A DNA stretch of 64,000 bases, from contig OZ245033.1 in the NCBI GenBank assembly GCA_965224025.1, positions 1,696,001 through 1,760,000 of the forward strand. Reading direction: 5' to 3'. Shown here piece by piece: positions 49,236-59,143 of this stretch. The notes under the pieces are model-generated. The model saw only the letters and a program-made list of their open reading frames with translations, had not been told where the DNA came from and searched no databases. Both the position numbers and the translations under genes were made by a program. Source of the DNA: Candidatus Multivorans sp. GTDB lineage: Bacteria > Acidobacteriota > Thermoanaerobaculia > Multivoradales > Multivoraceae. Position 1 is the first letter of the stretch. Every line of letters begins with the position of its first letter.

Positions 49236-50284
49236 TTCAGCTTGGTGCCCGCTGGGGCTATTGTCCTCCGCTGCGCTCCATATCCTCCGTACGGCGCGAA
49301 CTCCCGGTCAAGCTGCTCCGCCGACACCTCGCCGTCGTGGAACAGCAGTCGGTAGCGCAACCGCAACTCTCCACCGGCCGGAATCGTCCAGTCGCCGGTG
49401 CCCTTCTTCGCCTTCTCGAAGTCGTGGACGCCGAAGGGGTTGGCGGCGAACAGGCCGTAGGCGCGGGCGTGCCACCAGGTCGGGTGGCGAAAGTTCTCGG
49501 GGTGGTCGAAGATGGCGATGCCGACAGGCTTGCCGTCGACCGGGCCAGTGTAGTGGACCCAGGAAGCGCGCTTGCCCCAGACGTCGGTGCCTTCGACGCC
49601 TTCGCTGTTCCGCATCGAGCCGGCGGCGTGTTCGCCCTGGTGACGGAGGGTGGGGGCGACGCGGATGGCCATCGTGCCTTCCTTCGTGTCGCCGAGGACG
49701 ACGGCGCCGTCGCCGGCCCTTAGCCTGACGTCGAAGTCGATCGCCCGCCAGGCCTGACCGGTGTCCAACGTACCGGCGAGGAAAGTCATCGTCCGTTCCT
49801 CGCCGAGCATCTCGTCGCCGCCCGGGTCAACCCAGGAGTTCGCGGTGCGCAGCACGCCGGACTCGCCGGACGCGACCGTCAGGATCTTCTGATGGACGAT
49901 TGCCGAGCCGTCGCGGCCGTTCCAGATGTCATACCGCTTCGAGCCATCCGCCAGGCCCACGGCCCCGTGCGCGAACCAGAGGGAACGGTGGTGCGGATGG
50001 TCCCGCTCCTCCCCTTCCGCCTCGGCCATCGGCCAGTTGCGGGTCAACGCCTGACCGCCGGGGCCGTAGACCGGGTAGAGATACGGCAGGTGGCCGCCAC
50101 CGTCCGCCTGGCCCCCGGGCCGGTACTCCGTGAACGGTTTGCCGTCGACGGAGACCAGAATGCGGTCTCCGCCGCGACGGGTGAGTTCGACCGAGGGATC
50201 GCTGGCCTCCGCTGGCGCAATCAACGCGACGGGAAGCACACACAGCAGGACACCGCGCAGGGCGCCCTGAACCGAGCGTTTCAT
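49139..50284 (-). CDS. Secreted DUF6807 ('PmoA-family') protein
   Basis: PYLYPV, DHPHHRSLWFAHG, GDTKEG, DHPENFRHPTWWHARAYGLFAANPFG; the 3' end overlaps the helicase start by 97 bp. Confidence 0.8.
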   Translation of the reverse strand: MKRSVQGALRGVLLCVLPVALIAPAEASDPSVELTRRGGDRILVSVDGKPFTEYRPGGQADGGGHLPYLYPVYGPGGQALTRNWPMAEAEGEERDHPHHRSLWFAHGAVGLADGSKRYDIWNGRDGSAIVHQKILTVASGESGVLRTANSWVDPGGDEMLGEERTMTFLAGTLDTGQAWRAIDFDVRLRAGDGAVVLGDTKEGTMAIRVAPTLRHQGEHAAGSMRNSEGVEGTDVWGKRASWVHYTGPVDGKPVGIAIFDHPENFRHPTWWHARAYGLFAANPFGVHDFEKAKKGTGDWTIPAGGELRLRYRLLFHDGEVSAEQLDREFAPYGGYGAQRRTIAPAGTKLKWPSRVVAPLQGWKLQSKCSGGNSSMSASVTV

Positions 50285-50336
50285 CGCCAAATCACCTGTC
50301 ACTGGTTCGTCTCCGGAGAAGGCTCAGCATGGTACC

Positions 50337-51383
50337 GTGCCGCGGGTGAATCTCACGAAAGGGTCGGTCCCGCAGCTCAGCGCCGGCGCCCTGCCGGCAC
50401 TCCTGCTGAGCGCTCTGGCAGTCGCCGCCTGTGGTGGCGGCGAGGCCGGTGCGGACGCGGATGTCTCGGAGCCGGAAACCGTGACGGAACAACGTTCGGC
50501 AAAGGTCCTCAGGGCGCACCTGTTCGACGGCGATGTCGACGGACAGGCCGCTTTCGCCCGGATCAGGGACCGCTTCAAGGCGGCGAATCCCGGCTACGGC
50601 ATGACGTTTCTGGCCGCCGCCAACGAGATCGCCGGCGTTGACGGCAACCGCCTTGTGTTCGTCCAGGCGCCGGTCGAGGAAGAGCCCGCCGCGGCGGAGA
50701 TCCACACCGCCGGCGGCACCAAGGAAACCGAACTCCACGTGGGCGACATCGCGGTCCTCCGTGCCGGCGACCGGCTGACGGCAGAGCCAGCGATCGCCGC
50801 TCTGGTGTTCGACGTACCCGACGCTCCCGGCGACACCGTGCCGGCCGCCATCCGCCCCGACTGGGATCCCGACATCACGGATGTCCCCGGCGGCTGCGCC
50901 ACGGAGACCGGCGCCTACCGCCGCATCCTGCTCACCTGGCTCCAACAGAACGGCCCCTACACCTTCCATGGCCTGAACGCTCACCGGGTGCGGATCACCG
51001 ACTCCTTCACCCACTACCACCCCGTGGACACCGGCTTCGACGAGTTCTACCTCGTGCAGATGAGCAACGACGTCGATCAACTCCTCACCAGCTACCATGC
51101 CGCGACCATCGAATCGCCCGAGACGATGACTCCCGAACTCGCACGGGAACTGTTCGACGTCCACGATGTCCGCGCCGGCGACCTGATCTACCTGCCCCGC
51201 GGCGTGATCCACCGCGGACTGGGCGGCGTGCTGGCGCAGGTGATCACCGTGCCCGGCTTCCGCCCCGGCGCCGAGATCGGGGTCGATCATCACCTCCTGG
51301 CGATCAACGAGCGGCTCGGCCTCGAAGGCAACGAGGCCCTGCCGTACAACGTCGAAGCCTCGACACAGCCGATCGTCCGCTGA
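50337..51383 (+). CDS. Hypothetical lipoprotein with cupin-like C-terminal domain
   Basis: VAAC lipobox; THYHP...FDEFYLV and GDLIYLPRGVIHRG cupin-like motifs. Confidence 0.65.
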   Translation: MPRVNLTKGSVPQLSAGALPALLLSALAVAACGGGEAGADADVSEPETVTEQRSAKVLRAHLFDGDVDGQAAFARIRDRFKAANPGYGMTFLAAANEIAGVDGNRLVFVQAPVEEEPAAAEIHTAGGTKETELHVGDIAVLRAGDRLTAEPAIAALVFDVPDAPGDTVPAAIRPDWDPDITDVPGGCATETGAYRRILLTWLQQNGPYTFHGLNAHRVRITDSFTHYHPVDTGFDEFYLVQMSNDVDQLLTSYHAATIESPETMTPELARELFDVHDVRAGDLIYLPRGVIHRGLGGVLAQVITVPGFRPGAEIGVDHHLLAINERLGLEGNEALPYNVEASTQPIVR

Positions 51384-51444
51384 CGCCTGTACCGCCTACG
51401 GTCCGAACTCCAACGATCCTGAATCCAACCGAGGATCCAGCCGC

Positions 51445-53139
51445 ATGAAACAGACCTCCGACACCAAGAGCTACGACGCGATCGTCGTCGGCTCGGGCGC
51501 CACCGGCGGCTGGACCGCCAAGGTGATGACCGAGGCCGGCATGGACGTGCTGATGCTCGAGGCGGGCCGCGCCTTCGACCCCGAGAACGACTTCCGCGAG
51601 CACACCCTGCCGCACGACATGGAACTGCGCGGCCGCCCCGACCCGCGCAACGAACTGCTCCAGCGCCGGCACCGGCAGTCGTACTGCTACGCCTGCACCG
51701 AGGTCAACGCGGACTTCTTCATCGACGACGTCGACAACCCCTACACCGAGGCGCCCGGCACCCACTTCAACTGGATCCAGGGCAACGTCGTCGGCGGCCG
51801 CTCGATCATGTGGGCGCGCCAGTCGTACCGGATGAGCGACTACGACTTCAAGGCGGCCAGCCTGGACGGCTTCGGCATGGACTGGCCGTTCAGCTACGCG
51901 GACATCGCGCCGTACTACGACCGCGTCGAGCGCTACATCGGCGTCAACGGCCACAAGGAGGGTCTGGAGATCCTGCCCGACGGCGACTTCCTGCCGCCGA
52001 TGGCTTTCACCTGCGGCGAGGCGATGCTGAAGGAGACCCTGGCCGAGAAGTTCAACCGGCCGATGACGATCGGCCGTAACGCCGTTCTGACCCGCCGCCA
52101 CAACGGCCGTGACATGTGCCACTACTGCGGGCCCTGCCACTACGGCTGCCGGACGAACTCCTACTTCAACTCGCCGCAGACGACCCTCGTCGACTGCGAG
52201 GAGACGGGCAGGTTCATCCTGGTGCCGGACGCCGCCGTGATCAAGGTCGACATGAAGGCCGGCGACCTCGCCTCGGGCGTCACCTACGTCGACAAGAACA
52301 CGGACCAGACCCGCGAGGTCAAGGCCGACGTCGTCGTGCTCTGCGCCTCGACCCTGGCCTCCACCCGCATCCTGCTCAACTCGGCCGAGGGCGGCCTCGC
52401 CAACGAGAGCGACTGCCTGGGCCGTTACGTGATGGACCACATCTACGCGACCGGCGTGCGCGGCGTCCTGGAAGCGAGGGCCGGAGCTCAACCGGAGCGC
52501 GCGAACCGGCCGAACGGGATCTACGTCCCCCGCTTCCAGAACCTGAAAGACCCGGCGACGAAGAACCCGAACTACATCCGCGGCTACGGCTACCAGGGCG
52601 GCGAGAACATCACCACCTGGCAACACGGCAACGGCATTCCCGGCTTCGGCGCCGACTTCAAGCGGATGGTCGAATCGAGCACCGTCTCGACGATCGGCCT
52701 CGGCGGCTTCGGAGAAATCCTGCCGCGGCCCGAGAACCGCGTCACGCTCGACCCGGAGACGAAGGACAAGTGGGGCGTGCCGGTGCTGCAGATGAACACC
52801 ACCCTGGGCAGCAACGAGTACGCGATGGTCCAGGACATCATCGAGGAAGGCCGGGCCATGCTGGAAGCGCTCGGCTGCACGAACATCACGCAGAACACGG
52901 AGCCGGCGCCGATTGGCTCGGGCATCCACGAGGTCGGCACGGCGCGCATGGGCGACGATCCGAAGACCTCGTATCTCAACCCGTACCAGCAGTCCCACAC
53001 GGTAAAGAACCTGTTCGTGATGGACGGTTCCTGCTACGTGAGCGTCGGCTGCGTCAACCCGACCCTGACCATGATGTCGCTGGCGCTCCGCTCCACCGAG
53101 TACCTGGTCGACCAGCACAAGCGCGGAGAACTCGCATGA
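51445..53139 (+). CDS. GMC-family FAD oxidoreductase (glucoside 3-dehydrogenase / gluconate 2-dehydrogenase-like)
   Basis: VVGSGATGG, VGGRSIMW, CHYCGPCHYGC, HEVGTARMG, NPTLT. Confidence 0.93.
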   Translation: MKQTSDTKSYDAIVVGSGATGGWTAKVMTEAGMDVLMLEAGRAFDPENDFREHTLPHDMELRGRPDPRNELLQRRHRQSYCYACTEVNADFFIDDVDNPYTEAPGTHFNWIQGNVVGGRSIMWARQSYRMSDYDFKAASLDGFGMDWPFSYADIAPYYDRVERYIGVNGHKEGLEILPDGDFLPPMAFTCGEAMLKETLAEKFNRPMTIGRNAVLTRRHNGRDMCHYCGPCHYGCRTNSYFNSPQTTLVDCEETGRFILVPDAAVIKVDMKAGDLASGVTYVDKNTDQTREVKADVVVLCASTLASTRILLNSAEGGLANESDCLGRYVMDHIYATGVRGVLEARAGAQPERANRPNGIYVPRFQNLKDPATKNPNYIRGYGYQGGENITTWQHGNGIPGFGADFKRMVESSTVSTIGLGGFGEILPRPENRVTLDPETKDKWGVPVLQMNTTLGSNEYAMVQDIIEEGRAMLEALGCTNITQNTEPAPIGSGIHEVGTARMGDDPKTSYLNPYQQSHTVKNLFVMDGSCYVSVGCVNPTLTMMSLALRSTEYLVDQHKRGELA

Positions 53140-53723
53140 GCAAGCAGACGACGAGACGCAAGGTCCTGGCGGCCGGCGTCGGCGCCTTCGGCTACGCCAC
53201 CCTGCAGGCCGAACCGATTCGCGCCGCGATCCCGGCGTTGGCGGCGTACCAGGCCGAGGGAACCGCCTGGACGCCACGGCTGCTGACTCCGGCACAGGGC
53301 GAACTGCTGGCCACGCTGTGCGAGCACATCCTGCCGCGCACGGATACTCCCGGAGCTCGCGACGCCGGAGTTCACGAGTTCATCGACCTCGAACTCTCGC
53401 TCGCCGACGGAGACGATCAACTGACCGCGCTCGGCGGTCTGGACTGGATCGACCGGCGCGCGCAGGCGCTCCACGGTTCGTCCTTCGTCGGTCTCGACGC
53501 GGACCGCCAGCTCGACATGCTGCGCGAGATCAGCGACGAGCACGAAGACCACGAACCGGGACTCGTCGCCGGCGCCGCCTTCTTCAGCGATCTGAAGCGG
53601 CGCACCCTGTTCGCGTTCTACACCTCGAAGACCGGCCGCGCCGAGGCGCTCGGGCTGCCGGACCGCGTACGCGTCGAGCGCTTCCGCGGCTGCCAGCACG
53701 AGCCGGGCGAAAGCCACGTTTAG
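53136..53723 (+). CDS. Gluconate 2-dehydrogenase subunit-3 family (Tat hitch-hiker small subunit)
   Basis: TRRKVL Tat motif, ILPRTDTPGARDAGVHEFID, FYTSK; ATGA overlap with the GMC gene. Confidence 0.88.
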   Translation: MSKQTTRRKVLAAGVGAFGYATLQAEPIRAAIPALAAYQAEGTAWTPRLLTPAQGELLATLCEHILPRTDTPGARDAGVHEFIDLELSLADGDDQLTALGGLDWIDRRAQALHGSSFVGLDADRQLDMLREISDEHEDHEPGLVAGAAFFSDLKRRTLFAFYTSKTGRAEALGLPDRVRVERFRGCQHEPGESHV

Positions 53724-53758
53724 GACTTGAGGAATTCGTGAAGCGGCTCTATGTGATT

Positions 53759-55098
53759 GGCGCTTCAGGGTTGTGTGTGGGCATGAAGTGACTCCGGCGC
53801 GAGGTCGAGTCCGCCGAGATGGAAGTAGATGGCGAGCCGGAAGTGTGCTCGGTTTCGATAGCCGTGCGCTTTTCGCTTGATCTCCTGTATCTTCGCGTTG
53901 ATGCCTTCGGCGCGGGCGTTGGAGACGGTGGACACGGCGGCGTTGATGACGGCATCCCAGTGGTTCTTGATCATCTTCGCCACCTGCTTGATCGGTTCCA
54001 GGCGACTGCGGACGGCCCAGTTGTACCAGCGCTTCCACCGTCGCTCGGCCCAGCCGCGGCGCACGTAGCCCCACGAGGAGCGCGCCATCTCCTTGATCGC
54101 CCAAGCGCGAGCCACGCGAAGGTGACTCGCGCGAAGAGCAGCGAAACGCCGCTGCTGCAGGCGCGTCATTCGTCCACTCTTCATCAACCACAGGTAGCGG
54201 CTCCGCTTCAGACGCGAATCCCCCGCTTCGAGCAGCTCCCGCTGCTCAGCACGGCGAACCAGGTCCACGGCGTGGTTCAGGTGCGCGACGATGTGGAACC
54301 TGTCGTGCACGATGTCCGCATCCGTGTACTCCTCCACCGAGGAGATGTAGGCCGGCCACATGTCCATCGCCACCTGCTCGATACCCGCGCAGCTCTTCTC
54401 ACCCAACTCCTGGAAGTAACCGTCGATGGCCGACCGGCCGCGACCGTCGGCCACATGGGTCACCACCCCGCGTCCCAGATCGTTGACTACCGTCACGTAC
54501 TCGTGGCGCTTCCGAAACGACGTCTCGTCCACGCCGATCAACCGAGGCGGCTTCATCTCTCGCCGTGCCAGACCCCGTTCCACGGCCCGCCGCTGAATCC
54601 CCGCCGCCTGATCCCAACTCAGACCCAGACGGCAAGCCGCCGCATGCACGCTTGCCTCACGCAGCCACTCGACAGCCTCCGCTTCGAACAGCGCCGTGAA
54701 CCGCGAACCCGAGTCCGCCCAAGGCACCTTCAACTGGCGAATGCCGTGCTCGACGCAACGCACCCGAGGCACCTCCGCGTGAACCCGAGTCTGGTGCTGC
54801 ATCGTGTCCAGGTGACGCCAACGGCGATGCCTCTTGTCGTAGCCCGGACACGGCAAACCGCACTCCGGACAGCGAGTCTCTCCACAATGCTCGACGTGGA
54901 TCTCCACCGTGCCGCCAACCACCGGACCCCGGCGACGCGGATGCCGCTCGTCCATGCGAAGCACCACCTCCCGCACACCCCACGGCGGCTTGATCCCCAA
55001 CAGCCTCTCGAACGTCTTGGCACTCTTCATCCCGCCAGTCTAAGGCCGATCGGCAGCCTCTCTAGCAGCTCCGTCCCCACACAACAGCCTGAAGACCC
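53759..55098 (-). mobile_element. ISL3-family insertion sequence, 1340 bp, ~23-bp imperfect IRs, 8-bp TSD ATGTGATT
   Basis: ggcgcttcagggttgtgtgtggg versus the reverse complement of the other end, gggtcttcaggctgttgtgtggg; ATGTGATT at 53751-53758 and 55099-55106. Confidence 0.93.
53765..55030 (-). CDS. ISL3-family transposase
   Basis: CPECG zinc finger, [36 protein letters not shown]. Confidence 0.96.
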   Translation of the reverse strand: MKSAKTFERLLGIKPPWGVREVVLRMDERHPRRRGPVVGGTVEIHVEHCGETRCPECGLPCPGYDKRHRRWRHLDTMQHQTRVHAEVPRVRCVEHGIRQLKVPWADSGSRFTALFEAEAVEWLREASVHAAACRLGLSWDQAAGIQRRAVERGLARREMKPPRLIGVDETSFRKRHEYVTVVNDLGRGVVTHVADGRGRSAIDGYFQELGEKSCAGIEQVAMDMWPAYISSVEEYTDADIVHDRFHIVAHLNHAVDLVRRAEQRELLEAGDSRLKRSRYLWLMKSGRMTRLQQRRFAALRASHLRVARAWAIKEMARSSWGYVRRGWAERRWKRWYNWAVRSRLEPIKQVAKMIKNHWDAVINAAVSTVSNARAEGINAKIQEIKRKAHGYRNRAHFRLAIYFHLGGLDLAPESLHAHTQP

Positions 55099-55433
55099 AT
55101 GTGATTCGGCTCGACGATGCTGTACGGGACAAGCCGAAGTACGAAGGGTACAACCCGACCTACCGCCCCGGAAGGCCATGCATGTACGTGAGCAGTACCG
55201 CGTATGACCCCGACGTCCGGTTCAAACAACACAAGAACGGCTCAGGGCAGCCCGAATTGTGAAGAACCATGGCCTTTGGCTCATGCGGAGGAAGTACGAA
55301 CACCTGAAATCAGTACCTTCTGATGAAGCTGAGGAACGGGAGAAGCTCTTGGCCGAATGCCTGCGACGGAAGGGCTATTGGGTATGGCAGAACTGACGAA
55401 CGTCACGCGACACAAGCCCGGCGAGGGGCATGA

Positions 55434-55754
55434 ATGAACACCCTTGACCCAATAGTCCTGGACGAGATCGTCCGGCGCATCGTGGACGTGGCGCAGCCGG
55501 AGAAGATCATCCTCTTCGGCTCGGCGGCGCGGGGCGAGATGGGGCGGCACAGCGACGTGGATCTGCTGATCGTCAAGGATGGCGAGCGCTCCCTCGACGT
55601 CATGAAGGAGATTTACATGAACCTCGACGGTGTGGGAGTTGCCGTGGACGCTCTGGTTGCAACGTCGGAGCGTGTAGAGCGGTACCGCGACAGCCACGCC
55701 CTGGTTTTCAAGTCGGCCCTGCAGGAGGGACGGATCATCTATGAGGCGGCCTGA
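55434..55754 (+). CDS. Minimal nucleotidyltransferase (MNT antitoxin of a HEPN-MNT pair)
   Basis: IILFGSAARG...SDVDLLIV. Confidence 0.88.
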   Translation: MNTLDPIVLDEIVRRIVDVAQPEKIILFGSAARGEMGRHSDVDLLIVKDGERSLDVMKEIYMNLDGVGVAVDALVATSERVERYRDSHALVFKSALQEGRIIYEAA

Positions 55755-56128
55755 CGCACTGCCCCAGGATGATCCGGAGGAGTGGATGGATCACGCCCGG
55801 AGCGATCTTCGTCTGGCGCAGAATCGCCTGCCTGGCCTCCGCCTGGAGCACCTGTGCTTCCACGCAGGCAGCGGAGAAGGCGATCAAGGCCCTGTTGATT
55901 CGTCGCGGCATCGAGTTTCCGTACGTTCACGACCTGAGCGTCCTCCTGTCCATCGTTGCGGAAGCAGGAGAGGATGTTCCGGAGTCGGTGCGGCTATCGA
56001 GACGGTTGACGCCGTATGCCGCAGCGGCCCGCTATCCCGGCATTACGGAACGGGTGACGGAAGAGGATCACGCGGAGGCCGTCCGCCTCGCCGAGAGTGT
56101 CGTTGATTGGGCGAAGGGGCGCCTGTAA
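55741..56128 (+). pseudogene. HEPN-domain protein, frameshifted near 55865
   Basis: WMDHARSDL..CFHA in one frame; QAAEKAIKALL..FPYVHDL..RYPG in another. Confidence 0.8.
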
Positions 56129-56149
56129 CTTCGAACAAGGAGATCGAAC

Positions 56150-57016
56150 ATGTGTGACGACAGAACCAATGCCGACAACGCCAGGTACCTGCACGGGAAA
56201 CGGCTGACCCGCCGGGAATTCGGGGCCGTCTCGGCCGGAGCCGGCCTGACGATGCTGCTGCCCCGGCCGGCGAACGCCCAGAGCGTCACCGAGTCCGAGA
56301 TCGAGGTAGAGACCCCCGACGGCGTGTGCGACGGCTACTTCGTGCATCCCGCGAGCGGCGCCCATCCCGGCGTCCTGATCTGGCCGGACGCGTTCGGCCT
56401 GCGGCCGGCGATGCGGCAGATGGCCACGCGGCTCGCCGAATCGGGCTACTCGGTTCTGGTCGTCAACCAGTACTACCGGACGCAGAAGGCGCCGATCGTG
56501 GAAGGGACGGACTTCGGCGCCGCGCGCGCCACGCTGATGCCGCTGATGAGGTCGCTGAACGCGGACACCAACGTGACGGACGCGAAGGCCTTCGTGGGCT
56601 TCCTGGACAGCCAGCCGTCGGTCGACAAGGACCGGAAGATGGGGACCATGGGCTACTGCATGGGCGGCCCCATCACGATGCGCACCGCGGCAGCGGTGCC
56701 CGACCGGATCGGCGCCGGCGCCTCCTTCCACGGCGGCGGCCTGGTCACCGACCGGCCGGACAGCCCGCACCTCCTAGTGGAGAAGATGACGGCGCACTAC
56801 CTGTCCGCCATCGCCGAGAACGACGACCAGCGCCAGCCCGAGGCCAAGGACGTGCTGCGTGAAACCTTCGAGGCCGCGGGCCTGCCGGCCGAGATCGAGG
56901 TCTACGAGGGCGCGATGCACGGCTGGTGCCCGCCCGATACGCCGGTCTACCACGAGGCCCAGGCGGAGCGGGCGTGGAGCCGTCTGCTCGCCCTGTTCGA
57001 GCGCGCCCTGGCGTAG
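56150..57016 (+). CDS. Dienelactone hydrolase family protein with Tat-like signal
   Basis: TRREFG, PDAFGLR, GYCMGG, SFHGG, HGW. Confidence 0.92.
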   Translation: MCDDRTNADNARYLHGKRLTRREFGAVSAGAGLTMLLPRPANAQSVTESEIEVETPDGVCDGYFVHPASGAHPGVLIWPDAFGLRPAMRQMATRLAESGYSVLVVNQYYRTQKAPIVEGTDFGAARATLMPLMRSLNADTNVTDAKAFVGFLDSQPSVDKDRKMGTMGYCMGGPITMRTAAAVPDRIGAGASFHGGGLVTDRPDSPHLLVEKMTAHYLSAIAENDDQRQPEAKDVLRETFEAAGLPAEIEVYEGAMHGWCPPDTPVYHEAQAERAWSRLLALFERALA

Positions 57017-57110
57017 GAACTTGGGCCGCAAGAACTGGGTGCGCCGGCCTCTGGGCGTTCTGCCGCGCTGGAGCCGGGCCACGTCATCAGCCTGAGGGTT
57101 CGCATCGACA

Positions 57111-57743
57111 ATGATCACGATCTACCATGTCCCGCGGACCCGTTCGGCCCGCGTCATCTGGCTCTGCGAGGAGCTGGACCTTCCCTACGAAGTCGTCCCC
57201 GTCGACTTCAGCCCGGAGTACCTCAAGTCGGCCGAGTGGCGGCGGCTCAATCCGATCCGCAAGGTGCCGGCGTTGACGGACCTCGACGCGGCCGGCAACC
57301 CCTTCACGATGATCGAGTCCGGCGCGATGGTTCACTACATCCTGGAGCGGTACGGGAAGGGCCGCCTGCAGCCCCCGCCCGGAACGCCGGAAAGCGCCCT
57401 GTTCCTGCAATGGTCCTGGTTTGCCGAGGCCAGCCTCGCGCGCCCGCTCGGCGACATGGTCCACCACCGTCTGCTGAAACCGGAGGCGGAGCGAATTCCG
57501 GCCGTTGTCGAGGATGGACGGGCAAGAGCCGAGATCTGTCTAGGAGCCGTCGAAACGGCCCTTGACGGCCGCGACTACCTGCTGGGAAGCGAACTGACCG
57601 CCGCCGACATCATGATGGGCTACTCGCTGGCTCTTGCGCAGAGACTGGGGGTGCTTGACGAGAGGTACCCGAACGTCGTCGCGTACCTGAGACGGCTGGA
57701 AGCCCGGCCCGGATTCCAGATCGCCTTCGCGGCCGGCGACTGA
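57111..57743 (+). CDS. Glutathione S-transferase family protein
   Basis: RSARVIWLCEEL, NPIRKVPAL, ESGAM, TAADIMM. Confidence 0.92.
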   Translation: MITIYHVPRTRSARVIWLCEELDLPYEVVPVDFSPEYLKSAEWRRLNPIRKVPALTDLDAAGNPFTMIESGAMVHYILERYGKGRLQPPPGTPESALFLQWSWFAEASLARPLGDMVHHRLLKPEAERIPAVVEDGRARAEICLGAVETALDGRDYLLGSELTAADIMMGYSLALAQRLGVLDERYPNVVAYLRRLEARPGFQIAFAAGD

Positions 57744-57962
57744 TCAGAGGTGGTTGAAGTCGTCCTTCTTGATGCCGGGCATCAGTCCGCCCTCGCCGCC
57801 GGTCACCAACTCGACCCGTTCTGCGGGTCCGCGGGGCTGCCGAAGGGGAACCACAAGGCGCAGACCCTCCTCGATCAGCACCGCAAGCGTCCGGCCCGTC
57901 TGGGTCGCGAAACGGCTCGCCTCCACCGCAAGCTCGTCGTCGAGTTCCACCTTCGTCAGCAT
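57744..57962 (-). CDS. VapB/DUF2191-like RHH antitoxin, orphan
   Basis: TKVELDDEL..EA..GRTLAVLIEEGLR...GGLMPGI pattern; no PIN gene downstream. Confidence 0.6.
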   Translation of the reverse strand: MLTKVELDDELAVEASRFATQTGRTLAVLIEEGLRLVVPLRQPRGPAERVELVTGGEGGLMPGIKKDDFNHL

Positions 57963-58014
57963 GGTCACTACTCTACGTCACCACAGACCCGGAGCCAATC
58001 CCGAGCGCCAAGCG

Positions 58015-59097
58015 CTATGAGAACAAGCTCCGCTGTGCCTCGCACGTAGCCATCGCCCGCACACTCTCCGCCGAAAGGGGCTCCGGCGACACGACGTACA
58101 GGTACTCCGTGTTCCTGAGGTGGCTGACTCGCCCGACCTTCTCGCCGCGCGGGTTGAAGACGCCGATTTGGGCGCCCACGTAGCGCCTGTAGTCGCTCTC
58201 GATCACCTGGACCTCGCCTCGCCGGGCCAGGATCGCCTCCATCTCCCCGCGGCCGATGAAGCCCTCGTCGCTGAAGGAAACGATGAGGTGCGGCGCCCGC
58301 ACCCGCTCCACGATCCGTTCCCAGGCAGCGCGGAATCTCCTCTTGCTGTTGAAGTCGCTCTTCCGTTCCCGGCAGTCGACCCGCTTGCAGGCTACGCCGT
58401 AGTGCTCGGGCTTGTCCCAGAGCACCAGGCTCTCCCAGACGTGGTAGTTGCCCAGGTAGCTGTGCTGGTTGTACGGCGGATCGAGGTAGGCGATGTCCGC
58501 TTCGAGCACGTCTACGGCCTCGGCCGCGTCCATGCGGTGCGCCATTCCCTTGCCGGCCGCGGCGCGCGGAGCGATGTCCGGCAGCCGCAGCTCCAGGTCG
58601 CCTAAAGCCCGCGGAGCCCACTGCTTGAGATACGCCATCTGCACGCCGGTCGTGCTGTCGACCCGATCGGCCGCCTCCATCAGCGACACGAGCACGATCG
58701 CTTCGAGCTCCGGATCGAGGTCCTTGCGCGCGATCTCCTCACGAATCGCGTCCACCCGCGCGCCGTTCTTCGGCTGCAGGTAGCGGCTCTTCTCGCAGAA
58801 GACGTCCGTGAAGTATCCCGCCGACGGCGGCAGCCGGCTGAACTCGTCGATCAGCAGCCTGGCCTGCCGGAGCTGCTCTGCCGTGCCGTCTGCCTCCACG
58901 TAGCAGCGGGCGATCGCCTCGCCGCAGGCCAGGTAGTCGTTTGCCAGCACCCGACACTGCCGCCGCTTCAGCGCGTCGCCCACCCTCGACGTGCCCGAGA
59001 AGAGGTCGAGCACCGTGCAGGCCGGCCGAAGCTGTTCGGCGATGTCGGCGATCAGCACCACGAACTGCCGTTTGGAACCGAGGTACTTGATGGGCAT
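58015..59097 (-). CDS. D12-class N6-adenine DNA methyltransferase, apparently orphan
   Basis: IKYLGSK, DLFSGT (SAM-binding), YLDPPY (catalytic); start at MPIKY. Confidence 0.9.
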   Translation of the reverse strand: MPIKYLGSKRQFVVLIADIAEQLRPACTVLDLFSGTSRVGDALKRRQCRVLANDYLACGEAIARCYVEADGTAEQLRQARLLIDEFSRLPPSAGYFTDVFCEKSRYLQPKNGARVDAIREEIARKDLDPELEAIVLVSLMEAADRVDSTTGVQMAYLKQWAPRALGDLELRLPDIAPRAAAGKGMAHRMDAAEAVDVLEADIAYLDPPYNQHSYLGNYHVWESLVLWDKPEHYGVACKRVDCRERKSDFNSKRRFRAAWERIVERVRAPHLIVSFSDEGFIGRGEMEAILARRGEVQVIESDYRRYVGAQIGVFNPRGEKVGRVSHLRNTEYLYVVSPEPLSAESVRAMATCEAQRSLFS

Positions 59098-59143
59098 TTG
59101 GATCTGCGCCTGCCCGCGTCGGCGCTGTCCGGAGCCGGCTCCT

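Larger units (their letters stand above)
53738..55396 (+). pseudogene. Small GIY-YIG-like protein interrupted by ISL3 and frameshifted
   Basis: Joining across the TSD gives MKRLYVIRLDDAV...NPTYRPGRPCMYVSSTAYDPDVRFKQHKNG, then after a frame change near 55240 ARIVKNHG...AEEREKLLAECLRRKGYWVWQN*. Confidence 0.7.

Noticed and set aside
49139-50284. Methane monooxygenase (the family is often labelled PmoA)
   Set aside because: A soluble secreted DUF6807-type protein with no TM helices and no pmoB/pmoC.
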